In this document: positions 55,337 to 64,000 of the stretch, in pieces
How the letters are laid out: each line of letters opens with the position of its first letter
Position numbering within the stretch: position 1 is the stretch's first letter
From: the human T2T-CHM13v2.0 reference genome, Homo sapiens
Reading direction: 5' to 3' (one strand)
NCBI RefSeq assembly: GCF_009914755.1
Contig: NC_060928.1
Length of the DNA: 64,000 nt
Program-made: the position numbers and the translations under genes
Notes under the pieces: generated by a model
What the model was told of the DNA's origin: nothing
Databases searched by the model: none
Seen by the model: the letters and a program-made list of their open reading frames with translations, nothing else

Positions 55337-56855
55337 AAAAAAAAAAGCGGAGGTATCATACTTCCTGATTTAAAATTATATTACACAGCTATAGTAAACA
55401 AATCAGTATAGTACTTACTCAAAAACAGACACAGTGAAACAGAATGGAGTCCAGAAATAAATTCAAACATATACAGTAAACTAATTTTTGACAGAGACAC
55501 CAAGAGGATACAGTGGGAAAAGGTTAGGCTCTTCAATAAATAGTGCTGGGAAAATTGAATTTCCACATATATGCAAAATTTATAAAATATAAGACCTAAA
55601 ACTATAAAATTCCTTAAAGAGAACACAAAAAGCTCCTGGACATTGGCCTTGGAAATAATTTTTTGGATATCACACCAAAAAATGAAAAAAAAAAAAGCTC
55701 AGGCTACAAAAGCAAAAATAAATAAATGGGACTACATTGAACTACAAAGATTTGCACAGCAAACTAAATAACCAACAAAATAAAATGACAGCCTATTGAT
55801 TGGGAAAAATATTTGCAAACCATGTGTCTGATAAGGGGATAATATCCAAAATTAATAAAGAACTCATACAACTCAATAATAGGAAAGCAAATAGCCTGAT
55901 TTTAAAGTGGGAAAAGAACACTTGTCGACATTTCTCCAAATAAGACATAAAAGTGGCCAACAGATATATGAAAAGGCACCCAACATCATTAATCATCAGG
56001 AGAATGCAAATCAAAACCGCTGAGATATCACCTCACACCCATTAGGATGGCTGTTATCAAAAAAACAAAAGACAAATTTTGGTGGAGTTGTGGAGAACAG
56101 GGAGCCCTGGTACATTCTTGGTGGGGTTATAGATTGGTACAACCATTATGAAAAATAATATTGAGATGTCTAAAGAAATTTAAATGAGAACCATCATGAT
56201 CTGATCAAGCAGTCCTTCTTCTGAGCATAGACCCAAAGTAAATGAAATAATCACCTCGTAAAGACATCCACACTCCCATGTTCATTGCAGCACTATTCTC
56301 AATAGCCAAGATATGACAAGAGCCTATGTGTCTGTTAATGGACAAATGGATAAACTGTGATATATACATATACATACACATATAGTTCTCTTACACTGAA
56401 TGTATATTATTCAATATTGAAAAAGAAGATTCTGCCATTTGCCACACATAGTGAACCTGGAGGATGTTATACTAAGGGAAATAAGTCAGACGCAGAAAGA
56501 AAAATATTGTGTTATCTCGCTTATTTGTGAAATCTAAAATAAAAAGCCAAATATACAGAGATAGAGAATAAAACTGTTGTTATGGGCAGGGGATAGGGAG
56601 ATGTAGGTCAAATATGTGGGCTGAATAAGACTAGAGATCTAATGTACATCATGAGGAATACAGGTAATAAAATTGCACTGTATTTGGGAAACCTGCTGAG
56701 TAGATTTTAGTTACTCTTGCCACAGAAACAAAGAAGAAATAGGTATCTATGTGAGATTATGGATATGTTAATTTGCTTCACTATATGTTACTATCTATAT
56801 GTATCCCATAACATCGTATTGTATACCTTAAATATATACAATAAAAATGTATTTA
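55337..56855 (+). mobile_element. L1MA-type 3' fragment inserted into an older antisense L1M
   Basis: ORF2 C-terminal sequence GGAGGTATCATACTTCCTGATTT.. and 3'UTR; 15-bp TSD AAAAATT(G/A)TCTTCTG (55322-55336 / 56856-56870). Confidence 0.9.
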
Positions 56856-57200
56856 AAAAATTATCTTCTGGGATTTGTTCATGTTGAGGCATGTAGGAAT
56901 AATTCATTTTTCATCACTATAGAGTATTACATTTTATGAATATGTTATAATTTACAGCATAATTTATTTTTGCTTTGGGTGAATATTGAAATTTTTATAG
57001 ACTGTTATTTATTTGTGTGTCTGCTTGGCTCTTACAAACACGCCTGCCTTGAACATTCTTGTATATCTCCTGGTATTCATATGCAAAAGTTTATCTAGGT
57101 TTATCTACCTAGAATTAGAATTGTTGAGTTATTGGACATGGGCACCTTTAACTTTATTTACTGGATAATGCCAGCTCGTTTTCCAGAGTACTAATTTATA

Positions 57201-57539
57201 CAGTTATCCTTCAGTATCTGTGGAGGATTGGTTCCAGGACTTCCTATAGATATCAATATCCACAGATACTAAAGTCCCTTATGTAGAATGGCATAGTATT
57301 TGCATATAACCTATGCATACCCTCCCATATACTTTAATCTTTAGGTTACTTAATATACCCAATACAATGTAAATGTTATGTAAATGGTTGTTACACTGTA
57401 TTGTTTAAGAGATAGTGATAAGGAAAAAAGTTGGTACCTGTTCAGGACAAATGCAAGCTCCCTCTTCTTTCCAAATATTTTCTATCCATGGTTGGTTGAA
57501 TCCATGAATATACAACCCATGGATACAGAGGGCCAACTG
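57201..57539 (+). mobile_element. MER2 (TcMar-Tigger) MITE
   Basis: TIRs CAGTTATCCTTCAGTATC / GATACAGAGGGCCAACTG, flanked by TA on both sides. Confidence 0.88.
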
Positions 57540-58751
57540 TACTCATACTTGCCTTCTGTTATTGCTTGAGAATCTCTCCAACACTTTTTATTATCCAACT
57601 TTTTAATTATTGCTGGTGTGATTGGTACAAGTAGTATTTTATGTTATTTTAATTTGCATTTCCCATATGTTTGTTGCCAGTCCTGCTGTCTTTCTGGAAA
57701 ATGCCCATTTTTGTCTTTTGCCCATTTTTTCTATTAGGTTGTCTGTGCTTTTTTCAGTGATTTTGAGTTTTAAAAATTATCTTTTGAGTTCCATATATTT
57801 TGGAGACTAATCCATTGCTAGGTATGTATGTCACAAATTGGGGTTTATTGATGAATAGAATTATTCATTTTAATGTAGTTCAATGTATTAACCTTTTTCT
57901 TTATGATTTGTTTTAGATGTCTTATTAAAGAAATTCCTACCTATTATGAGGTAATTTATTCTCCTTTATTTCCTTCTAAAAGTTTTAAAGTTTTGCCTTT
58001 CACTTGTAAGTCCTTTGTCCAACCTGAAACTCGATAATGCATTTCCAATTAAGTTTTAAAATTTTCTCCATAATTGCCTTACATATTGAGATAATTGTAT
58101 GTTTTCTTTCTTCATAGTTTGTTAAGGTAGTATTAGAGTAATAAACTTGAGAACGTTTAATCAACCTGCATTCCTGTAACAAATTCAACTTGAGCCTGAT
58201 GTACGTTGGGTAATTTAGTTTGTGAATATTTCCTTGGTAACTTTCATATATATTCATAAAGGATATTAATCTATAATTTTCCTTGGTTTTGATCTCACAG
58301 TTATTTTAGCCCAAGAAAATCTTTTAATGCTTTTATCCTTAAAGTGTATTCTGTTAATATTAGAATATCAGCATTACCTAAATTTTATTAGTGTGTATGT
58401 ATATGTGTATATATATATATACATATACCTACACATATGTGTTTGTGTAGTCATTAAGCTGTACACTTAGTATTTCTGCATATTGCCATATGTAAATGGT
58501 ACCCAATAAAGTACTATTGTTGTTTTTAAAAAGAACATAATAAGCAACTAAGAAAACATGGACTATTGAGCTACCACCATCAACTTTCAGTCATGGAGAA
58601 TGGCAGGTGAAACAAAACAAAGACGCATAAACCAAAGCAAAATTCCAAAATTCTTTCATTTTGGAAACAAAAAACTTTCATTAAAAAATTTCTTTGATGT
58701 TAAGTCTGTTGGTAGAAATTTCAGTTTTTGTCTTCAAAACGTTTGTTTATA

Positions 58752-61320
<2,569 letters not shown>

Positions 61321-61690
61321 TGTGTTTATTTCTCCTTTGTTTTTGAAAGATAGTTTCAATAGAAATATCTGAAAACTTAAGTTGTAAACACTTTGAGTAT
61401 TCCACTATTGCTGCTGAAAAATCAGCTGTCAGTTTGGCAGTGTTTTGATGGTAATATCTTTTTCTGGCTTCTTTAAAGACTTTTTTTATTGTTGGCATTC
61501 TGCAGTTTCACCATGTTCTTTCTAGGTATGCATTTCTTCTTATTTGCTTTGTTTTCATTCACTTTTTTTTTTGCATCAGAGAGTTTGCTCTTTCATTCAT
61601 TCTGGAAGATTATAAACTGCTGTCTCTCTAAATATTTTGTTTTCTTTTTCTATTGCCTCCTTTAACTCCAATTAGAAATATGTGAGACTC

Positions 61691-62396
61691 CACCAGTTAG
61701 AATGGTGATCATTAAAAAGTCAGGAAACAACAGGTGCTGGAGAGGATGTGGAGAAATAGGAACGCTTTTACACTGTTGGTGGGAGTGTAAACTAGTTCAA
61801 CCATTGTGGAAGACTGTGTGGTGATCCCTCAAGGATCTAGAACTAGAAATACCATTTGACTCAGCGATCCCATTACTGGGTATATACCCAAAGGATTATA
61901 AATCATGCTACTATAAAGACACATGCACACATATGTTTATTGCAGCACTATTCACAATAGCTAAGACTTGGAACCAACCCAAATGTCCAACAATGATAGA
62001 CTGGATTAAGAAAATGTGGCACATATTCTTAATGTGTGCCATGGAATACTATGCAGCCATAAAAAAGGATGAGTTCATGTCCTTTGCAGGGACATGGATG
62101 AAGCTGGAAACCATCATTCTCAGCAAACTATCACAGGGACAGAAAACCAAACACTGCATGTTCTCACTCATAGGTGGGAATTGAACAATGAGAACACTTG
62201 GACATAGGGTGGGGAACATCACACACCTGGGCCTGTTGTGGGGTGGGGGGAGGGGGGAGGGATAGCATTAGGAGAAATACCTAATGTAAATGACCATTAA
62301 TGGGTGCAGCACACCAACATGGCACATGTATACATATGTAACAGACCTGCATGATGTGCACATGTACCCTAGAACTTAAATTATAATAAAAAAAAA
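61691..62396 (+). mobile_element. Young L1PA (L1PA5/6-like) 3' end
   Basis: CACCAGTTAGAATGG..GTCAGGAAACAACAGGTGCTGGAGAGG; 3'UTR ends CATGTACCCTAGAACTTAAATTATAATAAAA; imperfect TSD GT(G/A)AGACTC. Confidence 0.95.
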
Positions 62397-62429
62397 GTAA
62401 GACTCATGGTCTTGTCAAAAACAGCTTCC

Positions 62430-63251
62430 TAGAATTACTTCGTCTTTGTCGAAAGCCATAGAAAATATATCCTGCGTAGGAGTTTTTGAACTTGCCCTTA
62501 AAATCTGCCTGAACCCTAATCTTCCTGAATTATCTTCTGCTGTTAAAAGTCAATTGCATAGAATCTGAGGGGATACAATAACAAATTATAATGTTTTATG
62601 TTGATGAATTCATTTGTAGGAGTCACATCAACTTGATTATTGACAATATGGATGCTAAGTTTTGGATCTCTATGATGTTATCGAAATGTGAGATGATCCA
62701 GTCTCCTTGTTCATGAAAAATGATGAAAATGTGCCATGGTGGAAAAGGAGTGGGTAGTGCCACTGATCAATGCCATCTGCAGATTTTTAAAATATAGTTT
62801 TTAGAAATTTGGGCCATAACAAATTAATAAGGAGTTTCTAGGGCTTCCAGTATATGGCATGGATACAACACTAATTTTTAAAGGAGATTTACAACTCTTT
62901 TTTATTATTTGGTTTTTAGAAGGCATTTCTTTACTCATTAATAAAAAGAACCACTCATCTGTTCCTCATAGGCATAAACAATAGGGAAATGGATAGCCTT
63001 ATTCACTGCTGCTGAATGTCTCCATCTGGATATATTTGATAGTATCTCAGGGCAAATATTTAAATGCCACTGCCTCAGTATATTTCTTAACATTGGGAAA
63101 GAGCACATCCTGAGTGAGACCCTGTAGGGAAGTACCTAGTAACGGTATTCAGGATGGCCGCCTCCGTTTTTGACAGATCACTTTGTAAAATAAATAAAAC
63201 CTATTATGCCAGGAATCTAAGCTTTGTCTAGAACTTCCAATGGCAAGTTCT
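62430..63251 (-). pseudogene. Candidate large degenerate exon (GREB1-family-like?)
   Basis: TTACTTTTATATACAG acceptor (AG at 63253-63252). One long frame with scattered stops reads ..VKKYTEAVAFKY..IKYI..GYPFPYCLCL*GTDEWFFLLMSKE..LRFYAIDF*QQKIIQED*GSGRF*GQVQ. Non-repetitive, CpG-containing. Confidence 0.4.
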
Positions 63252-64000
63252 CTGTATATAAAAGTAACAATGGCACCATTCAATCAACCACTTTTGCCTT
63301 AGTAATATTAAGCAAGAAAAGCTAAGTAGTTGTTTTAAATAGAATGAAAAGGACAGGAGGAGAGTGAAGATACTATTTGTTTAAGTGGAACAGCTTGGAA
63401 ATAAAAATAGTCCTGTCATATATACAGAATGGTAAGAGGAATGATTTGATCAATGCAATTATTTATTGCCTGCCTACTCTGCCCAACTTGGTTCCAGTTC
63501 TCACAGCACTTGCATTGATCAAAAGTTAATTGCAAGGGCCTGTCCTGAAAAACAGCAAACAAATAAAAAATGTACAGTTTAGTATAATATTTAGTAAGAG
63601 CTTATATACGTTGTAGGCACTCACTGTGCTAGATATTAGGACACAAAGAAGAAAAAGACATGGTTCTCCTCTTGTATAATTATATAAACTAATGAAGTCA
63701 TATAAGTCACTTTAGAAGACATGCTATTATAGATTCTTGTCACCATGTGAGTTGACTGTACATCAATGTGTGAGTCAGGTTCACCACACCCCGACAAAAA
63801 GATGAAGCTGACATTGCTTATGGCACAGAAAGCTCCATTGTGTGGGCCTGGCACATGAGAGAAGGTGTGCCTCAGACGTGATTGAATTCTCAGAGGATAG
63901 GGTGAAGAAGCTGGAAATGCTCTTCCTAGGAGACTGGACTGATGAGGCAGGCATCAGTCACCAGCCCACGAGAAACAAAGAGTCATTGATTCTGGTGCCA

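Overview
This is primate (probably human) AT-rich genomic DNA, dominated by Alu, L1PA/L1M, L2, MIR, MaLR/ERV1 LTRs and DNA-transposon fossils. It contains no intact protein-coding gene, and most long ORFs in the track are L1- or Alu-derived. Hidden between the repeats are seven degenerate exons of an intron-containing pseudogene of the AtuA / DUF1446 (acyclic terpene utilisation) family, with compatible splice phases wherever consecutive exons are recognisable. Six lie on the + strand (8165-8208, 9200-9277, 21414-21521, 24056-24164, 28007-28106, 43401-43443). The exon with the most conserved motif (GTVAEQLSYEVGDP..DVTCD) lies INVERTED on the - strand at 13681-13863, pointing to an intragenic inversion. 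On the - strand at 47.9-63.3 kb, four exon-like, stop-interrupted segments resemble, by eye and in colinear order, the C-terminal glycosyltransferase-like region of GREB1-family proteins; this may be a second, convergent dead gene (lower confidence). There are also several local rearrangement scars: a 230-bp ~95% inverted duplication, a ~240-bp tandem duplication with a templated junction and a later AluY, an internally deleted solo LTR and a 3'-truncated L1. Family assignments rest on hand translation and remembered family motifs; no search was run.
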